Shown here piece by piece: positions 1-10,018 of a stretch of 32,000 nt of DNA (positions are counted from its first letter, which is position 1; each line of letters begins with the position of its first letter). This DNA is from Candidatus Saccharimonadota bacterium. GTDB lineage: Bacteria; Pseudomonadota; Gammaproteobacteria; Burkholderiales; Burkholderiaceae. The stretch is taken from the NCBI GenBank assembly GCA_000147015.1, contig CP002161.1, forward strand, positions 176,565 through 208,564, read 5' to 3'. A model generated the notes under the pieces. It worked only from the letters and a program-made list of their open reading frames with translations. It did not search any database and was not told the DNA's origin. The position numbers were made by a program, and so were the translations under genes.

Positions 1-472
1 TTTATGAAATAAAGTTTTTTTTTTTTAAACAAATAATAAATATATTAAAAAAAAAATATAAATTTAAAATATATTTTTTAAATTTTTATATATATAATTT
101 TTATAATAAATTATATAATATTTTTAAATTATTTTTTTTTATTAAAAATAAAAAAAAATATTTAAAAAAAATATTTATTTCAAATAAAAGAATAATTAAT
201 TTTATAAAAAAAAAAAATATATATAATTTATACTTTATTAAAAAAAAATATTTAAAAAATAAATATGAAAAATTATTATATAATATTTTAATTATAATAA
301 AAAAAAATATTTTTAAAAATAATATATATAAAATAAAAATTATATTTTTATACTATATATTGTTATCACAAATTATAAATATATTTTTTAATAAAATATT
401 AATTTTAAATAAAAATAAAATTAAATATAAAAATAGAATATTATTAATATATAAATCTTTTATAATATTAAA
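1..472. other. Non-coding, almost pure A+T spacer (window may start inside it)
   Basis: TAA/TAG are dense in all six frames even under table 4. Only about a dozen G/C bases are visible by eye. No protein similarity was recognised on either strand. Confidence 0.6.
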
Positions 473-1237
473 TTATAAATTTAATTTTTTTTCTAATAAA
501 TTTGTTAATTTTAAATAATTTTTTATAGATAAATCTTTAGCTTTAAAATTAAAATTTATATTTAAAAAATTAAAATTATTTAAATTAAATATTTTTTTCA
601 TAGAATTTTTAATAATTTTTTTTTTTTTAAAAAAAGAAATTTTTAATATTAAATTCAAAATACTTTTATTATAATATATATATTTTTTAGGTATCATTTT
701 TATAAAATAAGAATTTACTTTAGGAATTGGATAAAAATTTTTTTTAGAAATATTTAATAATATAATAATATTAAATTTTATTTGTGTTAAAATAGAAATT
801 TTACTAAATTTTTTATTGCCATAATTTGCATTTATTTTTTTTACAAATTCTTTTTGTAACATTACATATATATCTTTTATATTTTTATAAAATTTTATAA
901 AATATAATATTATCTTTTTTGATATATTATAAGGTAAATTACCTATAATTCTGAATTTTTTATTAAAAATTTTAATATTAAATTTTAATATATTATAATT
1001 AAATAAATTTATTTTATTTTTGTATTTAATTTTTAAATTTTTATATAGTTTTTTATCTATTTCTATTGCAAATAAAAATATTTTATATTTTATTAAATAT
1101 TTTGTTAAATTACCATTTCCAAAACCTATTTCTAATATAAAATCATTATTTTTTATATTTATTTTTTTTATTATTTTTTTTATTAAATTATTATTTATTA
1201 AAAATATTTGACTAAATTTATTTTTTTTAATTTTCAT
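473..1237 (-). CDS. rsmA: 16S rRNA (adenine1518/1519-N6)-dimethyltransferase RsmA/KsgA
   Basis: 254-aa ORF. FSQIFLIN...ILEIGFGNGNLT matches the KsgA GQNFL...EIGPGxGxLT SAM site. IIGNLPYNIS matches the GNLPYNIS motif. Ends in TAA at 473-475. Confidence 0.9.
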   Translation of the reverse strand: MKIKKNKFSQIFLINNNLIKKIIKKINIKNNDFILEIGFGNGNLTKYLIKYKIFLFAIEIDKKLYKNLKIKYKNKINLFNYNILKFNIKIFNKKFRIIGNLPYNISKKIILYFIKFYKNIKDIYVMLQKEFVKKINANYGNKKFSKISILTQIKFNIIILLNISKKNFYPIPKVNSYFIKMIPKKYIYYNKSILNLILKISFFKKKKIIKNSMKKIFNLNNFNFLNINFNFKAKDLSIKNYLKLTNLLEKKLNL

Positions 1238-1240
1238 AAA

Positions 1241-2338
1241 ATGAAAAAAAAAATTATATTAGCAATGTCTGGTGGTATAGATTCTTCAATTACAGCATGA
1301 TTATTAAAAAAAAAAGGTTATAAAGTTATAGGCATTTTTATGAAAAATTGACATTTTAATAATAATTCTATATTTGATTCAAATTGTAAAGAATTTTTAG
1401 ATGCTTTAAAAATTTCAGAATATCTTAAAATAAAAATAAAAATATTAGATTTTTCTAAAAAATATAGAAAATTTATTTTTAATAAATTTTTAAAAGAATA
1501 TAAAAAAAATAATATTCCAAATCCTGATATTTTATGTAATTCTATAATAAAATTCAAATTTTTTTTAAATTATTGTATAAAAAAATTTAAAATAAAATTA
1601 ATAGCTACAGGACATTATCTAAGAATAAAAAAATATAAAAATAAATTTTTCTTATTAAAAGCTTTAGATAAAAAAAAAGATCAAAGTTATTTTTTATATT
1701 CTTTAAATAAAAAAAATATATCAAATATTATATTTCCATTAGGAGATTTAAATAAAAAAGATATTAGAAGAATAGCAAAAAAAATTAAATTTTTTAATTA
1801 TAATAAAAAAGATTCAATTGGTATTTGTTTTATAGGTAAAAATAAAATTATAAAATTTTTAAGTTATTATATAATTTTTAATCCTGGTTACATAAAATTA
1901 TTAAATGAAAAAAAAATTAATAAACATTTAGGAATTAATTTTTATAATATAGGACAAAGAAAAGGTTTAAAAATAGGAGGTATAAAAAATAATAAAAAAA
2001 ATAAACCATGATATGTAATATTTAAAGATATAAAAAATAATATAATTTATATTTCAAATAAAAATAATAATTTTTTAAAAATAAAAAAAATATATATAAA
2101 AAAAATTAATTTTATTTTAAATAAAAAATTATCTAATAAAATATTATATAATTGTAAAATAAAACATGGAAAAAAAATTTCATTTTGTAAAATAAAAAAT
2201 ATAACTCCAAAAATAATATATATAAAATTTTTAAATTTACAAAAAAATATAAATAATGGTCAATCTATAATTATTTATTATAAAGAATTTTGTTTATTTG
2301 GCGGAATAATAAAATCATTTTTTTTTAAAAAATGTTAA
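1241..2338 (+). CDS. mnmA: tRNA-specific 2-thiouridylase MnmA
   Basis: 365 codons were hand-checked as open under table 4, with in-frame TGA at 1298, 1349 and 2009. Motifs: PP-loop LAMSGGIDSS, PNPDILCNSIIKF, IATGHY, KDQSYFL, KDSIGICFIG. Absent from the ORF track because TGA splits it. Confidence 0.93.
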
Positions 2339-3642
2339 AAAGTATAAATACAATATTACTTTTAGATAATAAATATAAATGAAAATTAAAAAATGAAATT
2401 ATTTATTAAATAAAAATTATTTTATATATAAAAGATTAAAAATAGAAATATTATGATTTAAAAATATAATATAAAATTTTTTAAAAAAGAAAATTTATAA
2501 AAAAATAATAAATTTTTAAATAATATATTTAAAAAACTTTAAAATTATGATTCAATAAAAATAAAAAGAAAATATAATAAAATATAACATAAAATAAATA
2601 GAATATTGAATTAAAAATAAAATAAAAAATAAAGAAATAAATAAATATTCTGAATTTATACATTTTGAATGTATATCAGATGATATAAATAATATAACTT
2701 ATATTAAAATAATAAAAGAAATAATAAAAAATAATATATCCTAGTTTAAAAATAATTATAAATAAATTAATAATTATATCATATAAATATTCAAAAATAA
2801 TTATGTTATAAATATTCATAAGTAAAAGACTACTCCTATTAGTTTAGATAAAGAATTTTCTATTTTTATTTATATAATAAAAATACAATTAAAAAAATTA
2901 TTAAATATAAAAATATTAGGAAAATTAAATAATTTTGGAAATTTTAATACAAAATATTTTATAAATAATAAATTTAAATGATTAAAATTTATTAAAAAAT
3001 TTATAGAAAAAAATTAAAATTAAAATATAATTATTATCAAATAAATTTGCATGATTATATATTAAAATATTTAATTTAATTCATTTTATTAATATAATAT
3101 TAATAAATTTAAATAAAAATATATGACATTATATATCAATAGAATATTTAAAACAAAAAAATATTTTAAAAATAGATTAATTATTAATTCTCAATAAAGT
3201 TAATTCAATAAATTTTGAAAACTTAAAAAGAAATTTACTTTTATTAAATTCATTATTTAAATTTTTTTTTGAAAAATTACCAATTTCTAAATTACAAAGA
3301 TATTTAAGTTATTCTACTATATTAAAAAATATAAATATTTCAATAAATTATAGTTATATTTTACTTTTAAATGGTTTAAAAAATATAATAAATAAAAAAA
3401 TAAATAAAAAATAAAAATCTTGAGCAATATTGTCTTAACCAATTCAAACTATAATGAAATATTATAAAATAAAAAATTCTTATGAAAAATTAAAAATTTT
3501 AGCAAGAGGAAAAAATTTTTAAAAAAGATATTAAAATAATTATAAATAATTTAAATAACCAAATATAATAAAAAATAAAATTTTAAAATTAAAACCTATA
3601 AATTATAAAGGAATATCAAATTTTTTATCTATTAATATATAA
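2332..3642 (+). pseudogene. purB: Adenylosuccinate lyase (purB) relic, colinear but full of stops and frame changes
   Basis: Colinear similarity to PurB:
- LLDNKY (cf PVDGRY).
- EFIHFECISDDINNITY at 2652-2702 (cf EFIHFACTSEDINNLSH).
- IKILGKLNNFGNFN at 2907-2948 (cf VEILGKINGAVGNYN).
- NKVNSINFEN...KLPISKLQRYLSYSTILKN at 3187-3411 (cf HKVNPIDFEN...KLPVSRWQRDLTDSTVLRN).
- YEKLKILARGK (cf YEKLKELTRGK).
The first in-frame TAA is at 2407-2409. The frame differs between 2332, 2430-2948 and 3187-3642. There are six in-frame TAA in the last 152 codons (3412, 3436, 3520, 3532, 3547, 3556). Confidence 0.88.
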
Positions 3643-3709
3643 AAAATAAATATTATTATATATTTTATAAAATATATATAACAACATTAATAAAATTTAA
3701 ATTATAAAA

Positions 3710-5197
3710 TTATTTAATATATGGAAATAATATAATATCTTTAATATTACTAATATTATTTAATATCATAACTAATCTATCTATACCTATACCACAACCA
3801 GAAGTAGGAGGCATTCCATATTCTAATGCTTTTATGTAATCATAATCATAATTATATTTTATATTTTTTTTATTTTTTTCTAATATTTGTTTATTAAATC
3901 TAATATCTTGATCTTCGGGATCATTTAATTCTGTAAAACCATTAGCTATTTCTAAATTAAAAATAAATAATTCAAAGCGTTCTGTAAAAAATTTATTTTT
4001 TTTTCTTAAAGATAAAGGAGAATTTAAAGAAGGATAATTAATTATAAAAGTAGGAAATATTATTTTAGGTATAATTTTTATTTCAAACAAAATATATTGT
4101 AATTCTAATATAGTATATTTAAATAATTTAATCTTATTTATTTTTTTTTTATTTTTTAATATTTTATTATATAAAAAATTAAAATTAAATAAATAATTTT
4201 TATATTTAGGTTTATATTTTATTATAGCTTGTAAAATAGAATATTTTTTAAATTTTTTTTTAAAGTTAATTTTAAAATTTTTATAATTTATTATATAATT
4301 TTTATTAGTTTTATAAATAATATTTTTTATAAATTTTTCAACAAATTTCATAATTCATTTATAATTAACATATGTAATATAAAATTCTAATATAGTAAAT
4401 TCAGGATTATGAGTACTAGAAATTCCTTCATTTCTAAAGCTTTTGTTTATTTCATATATTCTTTCAAAACCACCAATAATTAATTTTTTTAAATATAATT
4501 CTGGAGAAATTCTAAGAAACATTTTTTTATAAAATTTATTATGATAAGTAATAAATGGTATAGCTTCAGCACCACCAGGAATATTATGTAAAATAGGCGT
4601 TTCTACTTCTAAAAAATTATTTTTTTTAAAAAATGATCTTATTTTGTTAATAATCATTATTCTTTTAATAAAAATATTCATATTTTCAGAATTCATAATA
4701 AAATCTAAATATCTTTTATAATATTTTTTATAATTTAAATTATTATATATTTTATTTGGTAAAGGTCTTAAAGATTTAGTAATTAATTTTATTTTATTTA
4801 CATTAACTGATAATTCATTAGTATTTGTTTTAAATAAAATTCCAATTATGCCAATTATATCTCCTAAATCATAATTTTTAATTTCTATATATTTTTTATT
4901 TCCTATATTATTTAAATTTATATATAATTGTATTATACCTATTTTATTTTTTTTAGAAAAATCTCTTATATTAAAAAAAGAAATTTTTCCCATAATTCTT
5001 TTTAAAATTATTCTTCCTGATAAAGAAACTTTAATATTTAATAAATTTAAATAAATTTTATTTAAAATATTATATTTTTTAATAATATCATAAGATTTAT
5101 TTTTTACACAAAAATTATTTTTATATGAATAACCACTTAACCTTAAAATTTTAAGTTTTTTTCTTCTTTTTTTAATAATAATATTTTTTTTATTCAT
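3710..5197 (-). CDS. lysS: Lysine--tRNA ligase (class II)
   Basis: Two track ORFs (3710-4351 and 4355-5197) are in one frame, joined by TGA at 4355-4357 (FYITYVNYK-W-IMKF, cf E. coli ELYMAYADYKDLIELTE). Motifs: FLEVETPILHNIPGGAEAIPFITYHN, FRNEGISSTHNPEFT, GCGIGIDRLVM. Confidence 0.95.
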
Positions 5198-5217
5198 AAT
5201 TTTTAATTATTTTTATT

Positions 5218-6669
5218 TTATTTAAATAAAAAATTTAATTTAAAAATAGAAAAATTATAAAATATATTAAATTTTTTGTTAATTTTAAAATTATATTTAT
5301 AATTATAAAAATTATTTAAAAATAAATTATTATTTATATTTTTAATATTTCATAATTTTAAATATTTATTAATATTAAAATAATTTAATAAATATTTGTA
5401 ATAAAATAATATTGAATAATTTATATTATAATTATAGTTAAATATATTTATTACTAAAAGATTTAATTTATGAAAATAAAATTTATTATATATTTTTTTT
5501 TTTAAATATATATTTTTTGTTTTTTCTATAATAGTCTGAATATTATATTTTCAAGAAATTTTTATTAATTTAAATATTTTTTTTAATTCTAAATATTTTA
5601 ATTTATTTAAATTATAAAAATTATTTTTTTTAAATATATTTCCTAAAATTAAACTTACATTATATTTTTTAATTATTTTACAAATATTTTTAAATTTTTT
5701 AAATAAAAAAAATTCTTTATTATTTATAAAACATCATTTTAAAATTATAGAACCTTCTCTTGAAATATTATTATTATATTTCTTAATAAAATATGGAATA
5801 TATTTTAAAGTTAAACCAAAATAAAAAATGAAACAATCAATTCCATTAATTGATTGTTTTAATATTATTTTTTTAAATATTTTTCAATTTATTTTTTTTA
5901 TTTTTCAATTACATTTTTCTAAAGTTTCATAAATTGGTATAGTTACAATAGGTATATGATTATTTTTAATAATTAAATTTCTTATTTTTTTAATATTTTT
6001 ATTAAAATATAAAAAAATTATTAAATTATTATTTAATTTAATTGATATAATTAATTTTTCTAATTTTTTAAAAATATTATAATTTATATTATAATTTTGT
6101 ATATTAAAATTTATTTTAAATAAAAAATTTTTACCTATAATAATAGGTTGTATTTGATTATGATTAATATTACAAGGTATTATAGCTAAACCTTTATATA
6201 TTTTTTTTCTTATATATTCTGGATTTTTAATTAATATTTTTTTATTAGTAAAATTTTTTTTAATATTTATTATTTTTAATAAGTTTAAATATTTTATATA
6301 TTTTTTTTTATATATATTTTCTTTTATTGATATATATTCCATTTCACAACTTATAATTCCTAATTTAGCATAATAAATTTGCGTTATATTTTTTTTATAA
6401 TTAATATTTTTTCTGTTTAAAATTCAATTTTTTAATAATGGAGGTAAACCTAAATTAAAATTTATATTATAATCATTTTTAATGTAATATAATAAACTAT
6501 TATAAATATAAGGTATATAATTTTTTAAATTATAATTTAAAATTTTAATTATTGGAACATTTATATTATATAAATTTCCTTTTATATATCTTTTTATATA
6601 ACTAAAATTTTTAGATATTTTTTTTATTTTTTTTTTAAAATAAAAAATATCATTATTTATTAAAAACAT
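5218..6669 (-). CDS. thiC: ThiC-like protein (HMP-P synthase homolog); ORF intact, catalytic motifs eroded
   Basis: 483 codons were hand-checked as open under table 4, with TGA at 6424, 5905, 5884, 5725, 5551 and 5350. Clear ThiC colinearity: YYAKLGIISCEMEYISIKEN, GLAIIPCNINH, PIVTIPIYETLEK, GIDCFIFYFG, REGSIILKWC, YNVSLILG, ISWKYNIQTII. EGPGH is replaced by EKTKN (5512-5526). The last 100 codons (5221-5520) contain no Cys, so there is no CX2CX4C cluster motif. Confidence 0.75.
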
Positions 6670-6674
6670 TTAAC

Positions 6675-8972
6675 ATGAAAAAAATGAATTTTTGAATTAA
6701 ACAATGAAAATTTAGAAAAAATAAAAATAAAAAAAAAATTTTTATAACACAATTACCACCTCCTAATATAACAGGAAAATTACACATAGGACATAATTTA
6801 GAACATACAATAATGGATATTTTAATAAGATATAAATATTTTTTAGGTTATAAAACTATATTTATTCCTGGTATAGATCATGCAGGAATAGCTACTCAAT
6901 TAATAGTAAAAAATAATTTTATAAAGAAATATAATAAAAAAAATATAATAAAAAAAATTTTTATATGAAAAAATATAATAAGTAAAAAAATTATTAACCA
7001 AATATTAAAATTAGGATTATTATTAAATTGAAAATATAAATACTTTACATTAAATAAAAATATAAATTTAATAATAAAAAAAGTTTTTAAAAAATTATTT
7101 AAAAAAAAAATAATATATAAAAAATCTAAATTAGTAAATTGAGATTATAAATTTAAAACAGTTGTTTCTGATTTAGAAATAAAAAAAAAAAGAAAAAAAA
7201 TATTTGGATATTATATAAGATATTATTTTAATAAAAATAATAAAAAATATATAATAATATTTACTACAAAACCAGAAACTTTATTTGGAGATACTGCATT
7301 AGCAATTTCTTTTAAAAATAAAAAAAATTTAATTTTAAATAAAATAGAAATTATAATACCTATTTTAAATAAAAAAATAAGTATTATAAAAAGTAATTAT
7401 GTAAAAAATAATTTAGGTACAGGAATATTAAAAATAACACCATTTCATGATTTTAATGATTATAAAATTTATAAAAAAAATAATTTAAAAAAAATTTGTA
7501 TTTTTAAATATAATGGAAAATTAAATAAAAATAATCCTATAAAATATCAAAATATTAAAATTAAAAAATTTAAAAAAATAATAATAAAAGATTTAATAAA
7601 AAAAAAATATATACAAAAAAAAATAAAATATTTAACTAAAATTTCTTATATAGAAAAAACAGGAATTATACCATTAAAAATGTTAACTAAACAATGATTT
7701 TTAAAAATAAAAAAAAAATATAAAAAAAAAATATTTAAAATAATAAAAAATGGAGAAATAAAATTTATACCTAATTATTGAAAAAATACATTTTATTCAT
7801 GAATAAATAATATGAAAGAATGATGTATTTCTAGACAAATATTTTGAGGTCATAGAATACCTATATATTATAAAAAAAAATATAGAGATAAAAATGTATT
7901 AGATACATGATTTTCTTCTTCATTAATTCCTATATTTTTTTACAAAAATTTTAAAAAAAAGAAAATTTCTTTACCATTTAATATAATTATTTCTGGTTTT
8001 GATATAATTTTTTTTTGAATAATTAAAATGATAATTATGACTTTATATATAAAAAACAAAATACCATTTAAAAAAATTATAATACATGGTTTAATATGCG
8101 ATTCTAATAATAAAAAAATGTCTAAATCAAAAGGTAATATTATAAGTTATAATAATTTATTTAAAAATATAAATTTTAAAAATAAAATATATTTTACTGA
8201 CATATTAAGATTTACATTTTCTAATTTAAATATATATAAAAATAGCATTATATTTAAAAAAAAATACATAAATAAAAATTATAAATTTATAAATAAACTA
8301 TTAAACGGGATAAAATTTATCAAAATAAATCTTAAAAAAAATAATTTTAATTTTAATGATTATATTTTTTATAAAAAACTAAAAAATTTAAAAATTATAA
8401 AATATTCAATATTTGATATATATATAAATTCATTATTACAAAAATTAATTATAAATATAAAAAAAAATTTTAGTAATTATAAAATAAATAAAATTTCAAA
8501 AAAAATATATAATTTTATTTGAAATGAATTTTGTAATTTTTATATTCAAGTAGTAAAAAAAGATTTAAAAAATAGTAATTTATTAAAAAATAAAATAATT
8601 TTATTTAATTTAATAAATATTTTAAAAAATATAATAAAATTAATAAATCCAATAATGCCATTTTTTTCAGAAAAAATTTGAAAAAAAATTTCTTTCTTTT
8701 TTTTTAAAAAAAAAAGAAATAAATTTATATTTAATTATAAATATCCTATATTTAATTTTAATAATATAAATAATAAAAATGAAAATTTTATAAAAAAAAT
8801 AAAAATTATAAAAAAAAAATATATTAAATTTAAAAATAAAAATTTATTAATAAAAAATAATATAAATTTGTTATTTAATAATATCAAAAGTAATATATTT
8901 TATATAAATTTAAAATATATTAAAAAATATTATATTTATAATTTTAAAATAGAAAATATATTATTATATTAA
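6675..8972 (+). CDS. valS: Valine--tRNA ligase
   Basis: 765 codons were hand-checked as open under table 4, with many TGA. Motifs: PPPNITGKLHIGH (HIGH), TTKPETLFGDTALAIS, GTGILKITPFHDFNDY, WCISRQIFWGHRIP, LDTWFSS, KMSKSKGN (KMSKS), WNEFCNFY, INPIMPFFSEKIW. The track shows only the 8028-8522 fragment. Confidence 0.95.
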
Positions 8973-9329
8973 TTAACGATCTGTAAATTTAATTAATGCA
9001 ATATGAGCATTATCATTTTTTCTATATCCTAATTTTAATATTTTTATATAACCTCCATTTCTTTTATTATAAAAAGGAGATAATATTTTAAATATTTTTT
9101 TTGTATTTATTCTATTTCTTAATTTATTAAAAATATACCTTATATTTGATAAAGTATTTTTTTTTCCTTTAGTAATTATAGGTTCTATTAAACGTCGTAA
9201 AGCCTTAGCTTTTACTAAAGTAGTTTTAATAGTTTCATATTTAATTAAAGAATTAATCATATTACGAAACATTAAAATTCTATGAGAACTTTTTTTACTT
9301 ATTTTTGATAATTTATGATTATGTTTCAT
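8973..9329 (-). CDS. rplQ: 50S ribosomal protein L17
   Basis: SSHRILMFRNM...IKTTLVKAKALRRLIEPIIT...GGYIKILKLGYRKNDNAHIALIKFTDR is colinear with E. coli L17. Its stop abuts the valS stop with 0 bp between them. Confidence 0.95.
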   Translation of the reverse strand: MKHNHKLSKISKKSSHRILMFRNMINSLIKYETIKTTLVKAKALRRLIEPIITKGKKNTLSNIRYIFNKLRNRINTKKIFKILSPFYNKRNGGYIKILKLGYRKNDNAHIALIKFTDR

Positions 9330-9336
9330 TTTATAA

Positions 9337-10011
9337 TTAAATATTAATCTTTTTTATTTTTTTAATAAATATATTTAAAGATTTTTTAATAATTTTTTTT
9401 GGTTTTAAAATTCCATTTGTTTTTATATAAATTTTTAAATCTTCATATTTTTTTTTTATTATTTTTTTTTTAATTTTAAAAAAAAATTTTTTAACAGGTG
9501 TATAATTTGTATCTAAGTATATAACTATTTTTTTTTTTTCTTTATTATAATATTTAAATTTTTTTTTTTCATTATTATTAATATAACCCTTTCCTTTTTT
9601 AACTTTTATTAAAATATTTAATTTAGTTTTTATAATTGCATTAGCTATTAAATGACTAGGGTTTAAAATTTTAATATTTTTATTTAATGTTTTAATATTA
9701 TAAGCATATATTGGACCTAAAAAATAATTTTTTAAAAAAAAAGTAGTTTTATTATTTTTTATTTTAAATATTACATTTTTAATATTTAAAACAATATCAA
9801 TAATATCTTCTTTAATTCCTTTTATATATGAAATTTCATTTTTAATATTTTTAAATATTATTTTATAAACACAAAAACCTTTTATTTGATTTAAAGATAT
9901 TTTTTTAATAAAATTAGCAATAATATTTGCAATACCATTTTTTAAATTTTTTAAATAAAATAAAGAATAATTTATTCCTATTTTTTTTTCTATAAATTTA
10001 TTAATTTTCAT
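9337..10011 (-). CDS. rpoA: DNA-directed RNA polymerase alpha subunit, N-terminal domain only
   Basis: 224 aa. GIANIIANFIKKISL..., GIKEDIIDIVLNIKN and IKTNGILKPKKIIKKSLNIFIKK match the alpha NTD (cf [23 protein letters not shown]). A genuine TAA at 9337-9339 follows immediately. Position is between rpsD and rplQ. Confidence 0.85.
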   Translation of the reverse strand: MKINKFIEKKIGINYSLFYLKNLKNGIANIIANFIKKISLNQIKGFCVYKIIFKNIKNEISYIKGIKEDIIDIVLNIKNVIFKIKNNKTTFFLKNYFLGPIYAYNIKTLNKNIKILNPSHLIANAIIKTKLNILIKVKKGKGYINNNEKKKFKYYNKEKKKIVIYLDTNYTPVKKFFFKIKKKIIKKKYEDLKIYIKTNGILKPKKIIKKSLNIFIKKIKKINI

Positions 10012-10018
10012 AAAAATT

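Noticed and set aside
150-314. The recurrent A8-9 TATTT motif (150, 164, 240, 299) read as iterons or DnaA-box-like repeats.
   Set aside because: The spacing is irregular (14, 76 and 59 bp), the motif is low complexity, and it is not distinguishable from chance in sequence that is about 97% A+T. It is kept only as a descriptive note within the finding on the 1-472 spacer.
3657-3678. A perfect 22-bp palindrome TATATATTTTATAAAATATATA between the purB relic and the lysS stop, a possible terminator or protein-binding site.
   Set aside because: It consists only of A and T. In sequence made of two complementary bases each position pairs with probability of about one half, so a palindrome of this length is expected roughly once in the few kb of non-coding DNA here. 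As RNA it would form only a weak stem.
3710-5197. Apparent split or truncated genes in the ORF track (lysS in two pieces, rplD in two pieces, cyoE in two pieces, metE, fusA and valS as fragments), which could be read as pseudogenes.
   Set aside because: All the breaks are TGA codons in a continuous frame, and several fall on conserved Trp positions. Under table 4 the genes are intact. Only rplW (frameshift) and purB (TAA stops plus frameshifts) are genuinely disrupted.
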